Assembly (NCBI GenBank): GCA_965242925.1
Contig: CBDEUM010000029.1
Coordinates: 1-64,000, forward strand
DNA from: Roseibacillus sp.
GTDB lineage: Bacteria > Verrucomicrobiota > Verrucomicrobiia > Verrucomicrobiales > Akkermansiaceae
Reading direction: 5' to 3'
DNA length: 64,000 nucleotides
In this document: piece by piece, positions 16,312 to 26,046 of the stretch
Position numbering within the stretch: position 1 is the stretch's first letter
How the letters are laid out: each line of letters begins with the position of its first letter
Translations under genes and position numbers: made by a program
The notes under the pieces: generated by a model
The model's database searches: none
What the model saw: the letters and a program-made list of their open reading frames with translations, nothing else
What the model was told of the DNA's origin: nothing

Positions 16312-18144
16312 ATGAACCCCCTCCCTCTCGTGATGCGGGCCACCGTGGCCCTCCTCTCGACGTCCTCCGCGGACGAGGGTGGACACTGGGCCTTCCAACC
16401 GCTCCGCGCCGAAAGCGGATCGAGTATCGACAGGCTCGTCATGCGTGATCTGTCCACCCACAGGTTGAGCCCCGCACCGCGCGCCGCGCCCGATCGCCTT
16501 CTCCGGCGGGTCCATCTTCTCCTCACCGGATTGCCCCCGAGCCCGGCCGAGCTCTCCACCTTTCGAGCGGATTCTTCACCGGAGCGCTACGCCTCGGTGG
16601 TGGATGACCTGCTCGCACGTCCGGGATTTGGTGAACGATGGGCTCGCCACTGGTTGGACCTTGCCCGCTACGCCGATAGCAGCGGGCTGCACCAGGACAC
16701 TCATCGGCCCCACGCCTGGCGCTATCGTGACTACGTGATCGCGAGCTTCAACCAGGACAAACCATACGGCCGCTTTATCCGCGAGCAGATTGCGGGGGAT
16801 CTTCTTGCGCCCCGGGACGCGAACGCATGGATCGCGACCGGGTTTTGCCGCACCGGGCCGTCCAACGAAGCCAACATCGGTGCGGCGGAGTTGAAGGCCT
16901 ATCGTCTTGATCAGCTCGACGGGATTCTCTCGACTGTCTCCAGCGTGTTTCTCGGACAAACGATCGGGTGCGCCCGGTGCCACGACCACAAGACCGATCC
17001 CTTCACCGCCGGGGACTATTACTCGTTGCTCTCGGTCTTCAACAACACCGCCGATGCCTTCGTCTCCCTCGAGGGAGACGCACTGGGAGCTCCGAAATTG
17101 TTTCCACCCAGGGCCCGGAAGGCGCCCAAGATTCCCAAGGGCTCCGGCATCCGCGCCCTCGGCACTCTTCCCGAGTCGCAGCGCAAGGTCACCCGGATCC
17201 TGGAGCGCGGAGATGTGAACAGTCCCGGCGAAGCGGTTGTGGCGGGTGTCCCCGTCGTGCTTCGCGGGATCCCCGCAAAGTTTTCGCGGACCGAGTTGAG
17301 CGCTCGTCTTGCCTTGGCGGACTGGATTGCGTCTACGGAAAACCCGCTCACCTGGCGAGTGATGGCGAACCGTATCTGGCAGCATCTCTTCGGGCGGGGT
17401 CTGGTGGGCACCCCGAGCAATCTTGGGGTGAGCGGCAGTCCGCCCACTCACCCCGCCCTGCTCGATCATCTCGCGATCGTGCTGCGTGACTCGGACGAGC
17501 GGATCAAACCGTTGATCCGCGAGATTTGCCTCTCGCACGCGTTTCAGCAGGACAGCGCGTATCGCAAATCGGCCCACGCCAGCGACCCTGCTAATCAGCT
17601 TTACTGGCGATTTCCCAAACACCGGCTCGAAGCGGAAGTCATTCGTGATTCGATCCTCTCCAGCAGCGGAAAGCTGAACCGAAAGATGGGCGGGTCGGGT
17701 ATCAAGCCGCGCATCCCCTCCGAGATCATCACGCAGAGCATGCGTAACCAGTGGCCCAGGGTGAAAACGGAAACCGCAACGCATTGGCGGCGAAGCGTCT
17801 ATATTTACCTGAAGCGGCAGCTTCCCATGCCCCTGATGGAATTGCTCGATGCGCCCGATTCCTCGGAAAGCTGTGCCCTGCGCTTCGAGAGCACCACCCC
17901 TACGCAGGCCCTGGCGCTGCTCAACGATGCCTTCGTCAACGAGCAGGCTGGCCACGCGGTGGAGCGTGCCCGGCGGGAAAAGCCGGATGCTCCCGCCCAG
18001 CGCTTGATGGAACTCACCTGGGCCCGTGCGCCCAGTGCTGCCGAGCTGGCCAAGGCCCGGGCATTCCTCAAGAAACCGGAGATCTCCCTCGTCGATCTCG
18101 GCGTGGTTCTCTTCAACAGCAGCCCCTTTGTCTATGTGGACTAG
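16312..18144 (+). CDS. DUF1549 + DUF1553 (PSD1) domain protein
   Basis: HWAFQP, LLRRVHLLLTGLPP, GERWARHWLDLARYADS, CARCHDHK heme-type motif, RVMANRIWQHLFGRGLV, PTHPALLD, RRSVY, QALALLN. Confidence 0.9.
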   Translation: MNPLPLVMRATVALLSTSSADEGGHWAFQPLRAESGSSIDRLVMRDLSTHRLSPAPRAAPDRLLRRVHLLLTGLPPSPAELSTFRADSSPERYASVVDDLLARPGFGERWARHWLDLARYADSSGLHQDTHRPHAWRYRDYVIASFNQDKPYGRFIREQIAGDLLAPRDANAWIATGFCRTGPSNEANIGAAELKAYRLDQLDGILSTVSSVFLGQTIGCARCHDHKTDPFTAGDYYSLLSVFNNTADAFVSLEGDALGAPKLFPPRARKAPKIPKGSGIRALGTLPESQRKVTRILERGDVNSPGEAVVAGVPVVLRGIPAKFSRTELSARLALADWIASTENPLTWRVMANRIWQHLFGRGLVGTPSNLGVSGSPPTHPALLDHLAIVLRDSDERIKPLIREICLSHAFQQDSAYRKSAHASDPANQLYWRFPKHRLEAEVIRDSILSSSGKLNRKMGGSGIKPRIPSEIITQSMRNQWPRVKTETATHWRRSVYIYLKRQLPMPLMELLDAPDSSESCALRFESTTPTQALALLNDAFVNEQAGHAVERARREKPDAPAQRLMELTWARAPSAAELAKARAFLKKPEISLVDLGVVLFNSSPFVYVD

Positions 18145-19516
18145 CCGACGCAGGTTTCTTCAATCCGTGGGCGCGGGATTCGGCTCGCTCGCCTTGACCG
18201 ATCTGCTTGCGGCGGACGGTGGTTCCGCTCCTCACCACCCTGCCAGGGTCGACTCCGTCATCTTCCTCTTCATGTACGGTGGGCCCAGCCAGGTGGATAC
18301 CTTCGACCCGAAGCCGGCGCTCAATGAGTGGGCGGGCAAGCCGATTCCGGCATACCGCAAAGAGGACAGCTTCTTCACCAACGAAACCAAGCCCACCGCC
18401 TTTCCCTCGCCGTATTCCTTCCAGCAATACGGCCAGTCCGGAATGTGGATCTCGGAAAAGTATCCGCACCTTTCCAAGCACGCTGGCAAACTCTGCGTGA
18501 TTCGGGGCATGCACGCGGACAGCAACAACCATGGCCCCGCCCTGACCCAGATGAACTCCGGGTTCATCCTCCAGGGGTATCCCTCCATGGGGTCGTGGCT
18601 CAATTACGGCCTGGGAACCGCCACGCGGAATCTTCCGGGCTATGTAGTTCTGTTAGACAAGAGGGGCGCTCCCGTGAACGGCAATCTCAACTGGTCGAAT
18701 GGGTTCATGCCGGCCGCTTACCAGGGCGTTCCTTTCCGGCCCACCGGAGTTCCTATCGTGAATCTTGCAAATCCCGATGGGGTCTCCGATTTCCAACAGC
18801 GTGCCCGGCTTGAGATGATCCGCGAGTTCAATGAAGACTACGCCAGGGCGGACCCGGCGGAGAGCGCACTCGAGGCCCGCATTGCTTCCTATGAACTGGC
18901 AGCTCGCATGCAGACCCATGCCCCGGAAGTGTCCGACCTCTCCTCGGAGCCTGCATTCATCAAGCAGGCCTACGGCCTCGAGCAGGCTACCACCGCGGAC
19001 TTTGGTCGGAACTGTCTTCTCGCCCGCCGTCTCGTGGAACGCGGAGTGCGCATGGTCCAACTTTACAGCGGTGGAAATCGCGGTCCTGAGGAGGCTTGGG
19101 ATGCTCACAAGAATCTGGTAGAGAACCACGACCGACAATGTGCCCAGACGGATCAGCCCATCGCGGCTCTCCTGCAGGATCTCGAGCAGCGCGGATTGCT
19201 CGATCGCACGCTGGTCGTTTGGGGCGGGGAATTCGGGCGCATGCCCACCCAGCAGGGAAGTGCCGGACGGGACCACAATCCCTTCGGTTTCACAATGTGG
19301 CTGGCGGGCGGGGGGGTGCGGCCGGGTATTACTTACGGCGAGACCGACGAGTTCGGCTACCGGGCCGCGGAGAACAAAACTCACGTGCACGATCTGCACG
19401 CGACCATCCTCCATCTCCTCGGCTTCGATCACGAGCGTCTCACCTTCCGCCACAACAGTCGCGAGTTCCGCCTCACCGACGTCTACGGTGAAGTGGTAAA
19501 GCAGATCATCTCCTGA
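18134..19516 (+). CDS. DUF1501 domain protein (Tat-exported)
   Basis: Start at ATG 18134 overlapping the upstream gene end; SRRRFL Tat motif; FLFMYGGPSQVDTFDPKP, CLLARRLVERGVR, GEFGRMP, GRDHNP, HVHDLHATILHLLG. Confidence 0.9.
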   Translation: MWTSRRRFLQSVGAGFGSLALTDLLAADGGSAPHHPARVDSVIFLFMYGGPSQVDTFDPKPALNEWAGKPIPAYRKEDSFFTNETKPTAFPSPYSFQQYGQSGMWISEKYPHLSKHAGKLCVIRGMHADSNNHGPALTQMNSGFILQGYPSMGSWLNYGLGTATRNLPGYVVLLDKRGAPVNGNLNWSNGFMPAAYQGVPFRPTGVPIVNLANPDGVSDFQQRARLEMIREFNEDYARADPAESALEARIASYELAARMQTHAPEVSDLSSEPAFIKQAYGLEQATTADFGRNCLLARRLVERGVRMVQLYSGGNRGPEEAWDAHKNLVENHDRQCAQTDQPIAALLQDLEQRGLLDRTLVVWGGEFGRMPTQQGSAGRDHNPFGFTMWLAGGGVRPGITYGETDEFGYRAAENKTHVHDLHATILHLLGFDHERLTFRHNSREFRLTDVYGEVVKQIIS

Positions 19517-19553
19517 GGTACTTCGTCCCGCAGTGGCGGGATGGCGAAGGAGA

Positions 19554-19763
19554 TCAGGGGCTTGTCCAGCCTCGGGAGAGAGAGTGCGCGGTCTTCTCCT
19601 GATATAACTTCAACCTCTCACGGTGCCGGGCCCGTTCAGTCGTTGATCCACGCTTTTCGAGAATGTTGATCACCCGCCTGATGGTGTTTATCGCCCCGAG
19701 GAACTTTCCAGCGGCGGCAGAGGTGGCTGCGCGGGCAGCAAGCAGGTTGGGGTTCTCCGACAC
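19554..19763 (-). pseudogene. Probable remnant of the C-terminal TPR-like tail of a larger protein
   Basis: NPNLLAARAATSAAAGKFLGAI...RERLKLYQ resembles the tail type LAAAYAxxGxFxxAI...RLxLY also present at the end of 916-4476; in-frame TAG just upstream. Confidence 0.45.
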
Positions 19764-19825
19764 GCCCGGGGCCTTGAGCTACCCGTTTCCACCGCCTGTC
19801 AGACCACCCGGCCAGGGGGGTGATG

Positions 19826-22800
19826 CTACGGAACCACCGTCACGGTGATGCGCCCGAATCGCGGTGTGCCATGGCTGGCCACCACATTGTCCCGGATGGT
19901 GACGGTCTCTGTGCCGTCACCGTTGTCCACCGGCGTGCCTGTCAGCGTATTGGTGGTGGTCCAATCGGAGAGATTACTGGAGACTTCTACGAGGTAGGTG
20001 AGGTCGAGGGAGTTTTTCTGGCGCCTGAAAGTCATCGCCAGGTAGTCTGTTCCGCCGTCGGTCACGATCGATGCGCGGTAACTCTCTGCTGCGTCACTGG
20101 CCCGCGGGTTGCGGCCAAATCCGTATTCCAGGACGGTTCCGAGGGTGTCGGAATCCAGATCAAGAGAGTCGCCTGTGACGAGGGGATCGGAAATCTCGTT
20201 TTCGGTGAAGTGCTGGTACTTCCAGAAGGTGTAGGTCATCGAGGTGCCGGTGGATTCTGTCCCGGGATCACCACCTTCCGTAAGGCTGACACCCCAGTTT
20301 TCCGGGCCATCGAAATCGGTAACCGGCGTGGTGGCTGGATCGAGCAGGACGAGCGAGTAGCCGTCATCGTCGGTGGGATCATGCCAGACGTCGTTGTAGG
20401 AGAACTCAAGGATGTTCTCCCCCAGGGCGTCAAGGATCTGTAACTGCTCGCCGTCGTTGTCGAGTTTGCCGGTGTATTCCCCGGCGATATTGAGGCCACT
20501 CGGATGACGCAGGGTGAAGGCCGCCAGGTTGGCTACCACCAGGAGGTGGTCGCCCGGGTTCAGGATGGAGGCATCGGGGAAGGTGAAGGAGATGCCCTCC
20601 ACAAACTGTGCCCCGCTGATGTCGAGAGGCGAGGGGCCGATGTTGGTCAATTCCACAAACTCAAATTCAGATCCGTTGAGGGTCGCGATACTCGCCAGTT
20701 CCGCGGCGGTGGGTGCCGCCGGAGCATAGAGGATCTCGCTCACCCGCAGGAAATCCTGCCCGGGAGTGGGGCTTCCGGTGTAGCTATTGCTGTCGATCAG
20801 GTTGCCGGCATCGTCAGTGAGGGTGATGGTTTCTCCGCGGGCTGAGAGTTGTCCGTCATAGCCGCTGATCAGGTAGCGTTTCTCGTTGGCCTTCGGACTG
20901 ATGCTGCGGGCACGAAATCCCGCCGCCTCACGTGCCACGTAAAGGCGTCCCCTTGCTGGAATAACCGTGCCGGCCGGGAGGGTGTGCGAAATCCCGCCTG
21001 AAATCACCCAGTCGGAACAATCGACTGCAGATCTGTTCGGGTTGACGAGGATGAAGTATTCTCCTCTCTGGTCCGGAGAGGCCCCACTGGCGGCCGGGTT
21101 GTAGTCAATGCTGCTGATGCGGATGGGGGGCGCAACCGGCTGGGCGGGGGGGATTTCACTCAGACCGTAAAGTTGGGCTCGTCGTGAGGGAACGTGATCA
21201 AGCTTGATCCGGTCCGCCGCTGGCCGCATGGCGTTGCGATTCCCCCACGATCCCCACTTCAGGTAGTCGAGATCGGCGTCGTCAGAGCCCCTGCGCAGGC
21301 CGTTGTCGCGGGGATCAATCAGGGCCACGAGTTCGTCGACGCGGTTTACGAGGTAGTTGACCGGAGAAGCGGGAGGGCCGATCTGTTTGTCCATCAGGGA
21401 GCGCATGCGGCGCAGGTACATCTGGTTGAGGATCGAGTCACTGAAGATGAACGTCTTCAGGCGGTTGGATGGTCCGGCCCGCAGGTTGTTGTTGGTGAAG
21501 CTGTCGTCAAAGTAGGCGGGACCGCTCACCCAGTTGCGTCCGAGGCACAGGTCGATGTCCCAGACCAGCGGTCGCCACTCCCGGCTGCCGTTGGTATCCC
21601 GGTAGAGATAGTAGTTCTTGTGACCGTGGTCGCGGTTGTTGGTCAGGTCGAGAGCAGCCAGGTAGTTGATCGTGCCGGGAATGTCGACATTGTCGTAGCC
21701 GTATTGCAGCCGGGCATCCCCCGATTGGCCCAATCCGCTGACGAGGGCCTGCAGGTCGCGGTTGTTCTCGTTCTTGCGCGTCTTCTTGTTTACTCCGCTG
21801 CTTGAGGAATCGAGACGGTTGTACATCTTGTAGAGTGCTCCCTCGCCATCAAGGCCGACACGTTCGAGGTAGCGATCGTCACCATCCTCCACCATGTCCG
21901 CGGTGCTGAAGAAGGCGGCATTCTGCTGGATGCGGACCGGGAAGGCGAAGTGCGCTGGTTCGCCCGCTCTGGTCACGATTTCATATCCAAGTGTGTTCCG
22001 CGTCTTTGACTTGTCGGCCCAGTTGGTTAGCATGTTGATGTCCTTTACCCGGGCTTCGCCTTCCTGGTAGCGGAAGCGGTCGCCCTTGTTGAAATCGAAG
22101 TCGTAGCTTTTCTTGGGGAACCCGCCTGTGGACTGGCCGTGCCGGTCAGCCTGGATGTTGTCGTAGAACTGTCCGAGAAAATAGACGGATCCGCGGGAGC
22201 CGTTGGAGGTAGTCGCACCCCCGGGACTGGAGGTAAACCAGTGGAAGACCGGAAGGTTGGACCTCGCAACGGAGGGATCTTCCGCGATCGTCCCGAAGTA
22301 TTCGGGAGAGTCGAAGGGATCGGGGAACTGAGGCTGGCGGGAACTTCCGCCGGCCGTATCGGTCGCGGTCACCTTCCAGCGGATCATCTCTCCGTTGGAC
22401 AGGGTGCTGGTTGAAATGGTGGCGGTGTAGATGCCATCCCCGGGGTCGGCATCGTTTCCGCTCCCATCGTCAACCATCGTGACGGTGTTTTCCGCCCCAT
22501 ACATCACACGCCACGTGAGAGTGACGGCATTGATCGGGTGCATGGTGGGAAGAGCCTCCGCCTCTATCACGAGCGGGTTGGCGTTATTGGAGAGGGGAGG
22601 GAGATTCCTGGTAACACTCCGGATCAGGGGTCCCGGTGTGACCCCCCCGCCTGTGTTGGGTGCATTCGGGGTCGGCGTGGTGAAGTAGGAGGGCGTGCCC
22701 GTGTCCGTCACGCTGGTCGCTTCCAATTCGGGCAGGATCAGGAAATCCGAGCTTCCAGTGGAGGTATTGAGGCCGTGGATACAGAGAACGTTGGAGCCCA

Positions 22801-23743
22801 CCGTGAGGAGGGAGGTGGAGAGAGAGTAGTTGTCATAGATCAATGCCTGACTGTCACTATGGGAGGCCGTGGCACTGGACTGGTAGTCGAGTTGATCGGG
22901 AGAAGGGGCATTCTCTTCCGCAACCGGGAGAGGATCCCCGTTGAGGTAGACCACGAATCCGTCATCCCATTTCATTTTCAGGTTAAGCCCGGAGATCGTG
23001 GAAGGGTCCGTGACCGTAAAAGGAATACGGATGTAGATGGATGAGCGCTGGGTCCACATCAGGGTCTGGACGTCGGTCTCGATCAGCGGATCGTAGTCAT
23101 CCGGGCTTGTGGTGGCGTAGCCGACTCCCGTAGTGCCGCTGGTCCAGGAACTGTCCGGGAATTCCGTTCCGATCCATGAGTTCGGGTTAGTTCCTTCATT
23201 GACGTCGTCGTCGTCGTTGACAGGCACTTTGTACTTTATCGCCACTCCGGGGGAGATGAGGGGCGAACTCGAGGTGGATTGCTGGAGGCCGTAGGAAACA
23301 TCCTGAACCTGGAGGGGAAAGGTTGGGGCGTAGTGATGCTCAACGGTGGAGCCGTCGGGGCGGACCAGGGCGAGGTACTCACCTTGGCTGGTCAGCTTGA
23401 AATTGGTGTGAAGTTCGCTTGCCGGATCGTTGCGGTTCTTACTGGAAGCGAAGACGAGGAGTTGGTCGCCGGGATTGAGGATGATGCCGGGGAAGGCCCA
23501 CTTGTTGAGGATAGCCGCGTCATCCGTGAGGAACCAGCCGTCCAGATTTATCGCTGCTCCACCCGGGTTGAGGATCTCGATCCAGTCCTCATTGTCGCCA
23601 TCTTCGTCGTTGATCGTATCCTGATTGGATGCCATGAACTCCTGGATGACCAGGGACTGAGCACGCAGGGGAACGTGGGGGATCGTTGTGCAGGCGAGGG
23701 CAAGATAAAGCGCCGCCGCTGGATAGCGGGTAATGGGTCTCAT
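19826..23743 (-). CDS. Lamin-tail-domain / CotH kinase family secreted protein
   Basis: Start moved to ATG 23743 (signal peptide). LTD motifs VIQEFMASN...DWIEILN and VSEILY...EFVELTN; CotH motifs HGQST..FPKKSY, KNYYLY, WRPLVWDIDL; C-terminal tail LEYGFGRNP...YLVEVSSNLSDW. Confidence 0.85.
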   Translation of the reverse strand: MRPITRYPAAALYLALACTTIPHVPLRAQSLVIQEFMASNQDTINDEDGDNEDWIEILNPGGAAINLDGWFLTDDAAILNKWAFPGIILNPGDQLLVFASSKNRNDPASELHTNFKLTSQGEYLALVRPDGSTVEHHYAPTFPLQVQDVSYGLQQSTSSSPLISPGVAIKYKVPVNDDDDVNEGTNPNSWIGTEFPDSSWTSGTTGVGYATTSPDDYDPLIETDVQTLMWTQRSSIYIRIPFTVTDPSTISGLNLKMKWDDGFVVYLNGDPLPVAEENAPSPDQLDYQSSATASHSDSQALIYDNYSLSTSLLTVGSNVLCIHGLNTSTGSSDFLILPELEATSVTDTGTPSYFTTPTPNAPNTGGGVTPGPLIRSVTRNLPPLSNNANPLVIEAEALPTMHPINAVTLTWRVMYGAENTVTMVDDGSGNDADPGDGIYTATISTSTLSNGEMIRWKVTATDTAGGSSRQPQFPDPFDSPEYFGTIAEDPSVARSNLPVFHWFTSSPGGATTSNGSRGSVYFLGQFYDNIQADRHGQSTGGFPKKSYDFDFNKGDRFRYQEGEARVKDINMLTNWADKSKTRNTLGYEIVTRAGEPAHFAFPVRIQQNAAFFSTADMVEDGDDRYLERVGLDGEGALYKMYNRLDSSSSGVNKKTRKNENNRDLQALVSGLGQSGDARLQYGYDNVDIPGTINYLAALDLTNNRDHGHKNYYLYRDTNGSREWRPLVWDIDLCLGRNWVSGPAYFDDSFTNNNLRAGPSNRLKTFIFSDSILNQMYLRRMRSLMDKQIGPPASPVNYLVNRVDELVALIDPRDNGLRRGSDDADLDYLKWGSWGNRNAMRPAADRIKLDHVPSRRAQLYGLSEIPPAQPVAPPIRISSIDYNPAASGASPDQRGEYFILVNPNRSAVDCSDWVISGGISHTLPAGTVIPARGRLYVAREAAGFRARSISPKANEKRYLISGYDGQLSARGETITLTDDAGNLIDSNSYTGSPTPGQDFLRVSEILYAPAAPTAAELASIATLNGSEFEFVELTNIGPSPLDISGAQFVEGISFTFPDASILNPGDHLLVVANLAAFTLRHPSGLNIAGEYTGKLDNDGEQLQILDALGENILEFSYNDVWHDPTDDDGYSLVLLDPATTPVTDFDGPENWGVSLTEGGDPGTESTGTSMTYTFWKYQHFTENEISDPLVTGDSLDLDSDTLGTVLEYGFGRNPRASDAAESYRASIVTDGGTDYLAMTFRRQKNSLDLTYLVEVSSNLSDWTTTNTLTGTPVDNGDGTETVTIRDNVVASHGTPRFGRITVTVVP

Positions 23744-24205
23744 GTGCTGTGGGCCCGGGGGATTTTGTAGGCCGGAGGATAATTCCCGGATGGAATTACC
23801 GCAGGGAGGTTCGCCCGGGACGTCTGGAAAGGCAATGACAGAAAGGAGTCGGCAGGGTGCCGGCCCCCTGTAGAACAGATATTTGTACCTCGATTGGGCG
23901 GGCAGGGATCGAGTTCCAGAAACCGGTAGTAACGGGGCGAAGCGGGAGCATGCAAGATCGTCACTTCTGTCATCCATCCCGCGGCAGCGGGGAGGGGTGC
24001 TCCGATATTGTCGCGGAGTGGTTCGGATTGAGAGGCGGTCTCAAGGCGAGGTTGTTCCTCCACTGACTATTGCTGCCAGAAATCAGGAGACAAAACGAGA
24101 TGGCGATGAAGTGGCCGGGCGCAGGAAACGATAATTGAGTTTGTGGAAACAAGATCGGAACCGCGGTTCCTGTGTTGGCACGCAGGTTCCGTCGTCAGCA
24201 GCTCC

Positions 24206-24922
24206 CTAGTGCCACTCGTTGCGGGGGAACATGACGATCCTCTTGAAGATGCTGTGATCCGGTTGAGCGAGCAGGTAGCACACGAGGTCCACGATTTCAC
24301 CGGGTTGCATCGCTTTACTGATGTCCCCGGGATAAGGATTTTTCTCCGGATCCCACAGCGGCGTGTCGATTGCCCCCGGACAGATGGTGGCCACCTGGAT
24401 ATTGTGCGGAATCAATTCCTGGGTGAGGGCATCGGCAAATCCCACCATCCCGTGTTTGGAGGCACAGTAGCTCGCCTGTCCGGGGATTCCCCTTACCCCC
24501 GCCACGGAGGAGATGTTCACGATCCGTCCCGCCTTGCGGGGGATCATGTGCTGCAGCACCGCGTGGGTGCAGTACATCGTTCCCTTCAGGTTACTGTCCA
24601 CGATCGCATCGATCCGCTCCAGGGACTGCTCCGCAAAAGGGATATTCTGAACCACTGCGGCATTGTTGACCAGAACCTCGGTCGGCCCGTCGTCGACCTC
24701 CAGTGCGTTCACGCATTCGGTCACTGCCGCCGCCTCCCGCACATCCACGGCACGGGGAATGATCATTCCGGGCAGCTCCTCCGCCCGTGCCCGCTCGGCC
24801 AGCGCCTCCAGCTTCTCCCCACTTCGCGCCAGAGCCGCTACCTTCCGGCCCTCGCCTGCCAGTTTCCAGGCGAGCTCCGCGCCGACCCCGCGGCTGGCTC
24901 CGGTGATGAGAGTGATGGACAT
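24206..24922 (-). CDS. SDR family oxidoreductase
   Basis: TGASRGVG, LVNNAA, NISSVAG, YCASK; start moved to ATG 24922. Confidence 0.9.
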   Translation of the reverse strand: MSITLITGASRGVGAELAWKLAGEGRKVAALARSGEKLEALAERARAEELPGMIIPRAVDVREAAAVTECVNALEVDDGPTEVLVNNAAVVQNIPFAEQSLERIDAIVDSNLKGTMYCTHAVLQHMIPRKAGRIVNISSVAGVRGIPGQASYCASKHGMVGFADALTQELIPHNIQVATICPGAIDTPLWDPEKNPYPGDISKAMQPGEIVDLVCYLLAQPDHSIFKRIVMFPRNEWH

Positions 24923-25076
24923 CTGACTGGTTTGGGAGAACGCCTGTTCGCGGATTTGCCGGGCTTTCCTGCGAACGCCAGTGCTGTGGATTTGTCTGTC
25001 GCCCAAGAACACGTGTCCAGAATAATTTGCCCGGGAGATTTCCGCGTGGAATTTGGGATGCGGGGGGGTGGTTGAG

Positions 25077-26021
25077 ATGCTATGGACACAGGAGATGACT
25101 CGGGACGAACTGTTGGAGCGCTACGTAGCGGACACGCTCGACGAAGAGGCTCTGGCCGAGTTGGCGGGACTCCGGGAAGAGGATGCGGAGTTCGCCGCCC
25201 GGTTCGATGCGGACCTGGTGGCGACAGGAAAGTTCCGGGAAGCCGGGGGTAGAGTGGAACGGATCGAGAAAGGAAATGAGGGAGCGACAGATACAAAAGT
25301 TCCCAAGGTTGATGAGGACGGGGTTGAAGACTCTTACCAGAAGGAGGAGGGGGAAGATGATGGAAACAAGCCCGGGGCGGATTCCTCTGCCCCGAAGCGG
25401 CCCAGGTTGATCACGGAGGTAGACGCGGACGCGGTGTCTGCTGCACCCAAGCTGATCATGGGAACTTCCGCGGAGATGCCGAAAGCGTTGCAGTTTCTGG
25501 GCGTTGGTGAGGAACCGCCCGCGGGGTTTTATGACGAGCTTGCGGCGGAAGCCACGTCCGCACCAGAAGTGGTGGTGGAGGTTGCTCCCGGAGGACAGGA
25601 GGGCCTGCCGGTGCCGGTGGCGCAGATGGAACCGGTCAGCCCCGTGGAGCCGCCCCCTCCGCCGGAAGTTATGGCCGCGGAGGAGGCTCCGCCGCCGGTC
25701 GCAGAGATCTTCGGGGGAGAGACTCTCGAAAAAGCTGTTGGGGGTGGTGCGGAATCAGAGATCCAGAACGGATTGGAGGCGGTCGCGGAAGAGGGATCCT
25801 TCCAGGGAGAGGTCGAGGATGCCGCGGAGGACGAAGTGATCGCACAGGAGGCCATCCAGGAGGAAATGGCGGAGGAGACCGGATTTCACGGAAGGGGGGG
25901 GCAGGATTCCACCGAAGAGCTCCGTGAGAAAGACGGAGAGGAGCGTGGGATCGGATCCGGAGAGATCGTGGAAGAGCCGGTTGCGGGGGATGAGGAGGCA
26001 GAGGAGGCGGAGTATGAATAA
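25077..26021 (+). CDS. Acidic N-terminal part of a FecR-type anti-sigma-like protein; stops within a GAGTAT repeat
   Basis: DELLERYVADTLDEEALAELAGLREEDAEFAARF resembles the N-terminal helices of PVC FecR/anti-sigma proteins, followed by a long Glu-rich region; start could be 25095. Confidence 0.55.
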   Translation: MLWTQEMTRDELLERYVADTLDEEALAELAGLREEDAEFAARFDADLVATGKFREAGGRVERIEKGNEGATDTKVPKVDEDGVEDSYQKEEGEDDGNKPGADSSAPKRPRLITEVDADAVSAAPKLIMGTSAEMPKALQFLGVGEEPPAGFYDELAAEATSAPEVVVEVAPGGQEGLPVPVAQMEPVSPVEPPPPPEVMAAEEAPPPVAEIFGGETLEKAVGGGAESEIQNGLEAVAEEGSFQGEVEDAAEDEVIAQEAIQEEMAEETGFHGRGGQDSTEELREKDGEERGIGSGEIVEEPVAGDEEAEEAEYE

Positions 26022-26046
26022 GTATGAGTATGAGTATGAGTATGAG
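26010..26046 (+). repeat. (GAGTAT)n hexamer repeat, ~6 units, one unit lacking 2 nt
   Basis: GAGTAT GAATA AGTAT GAGTAT GAGTAT GAGTAT GAG; encodes EYEYEY. Confidence 0.85.
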
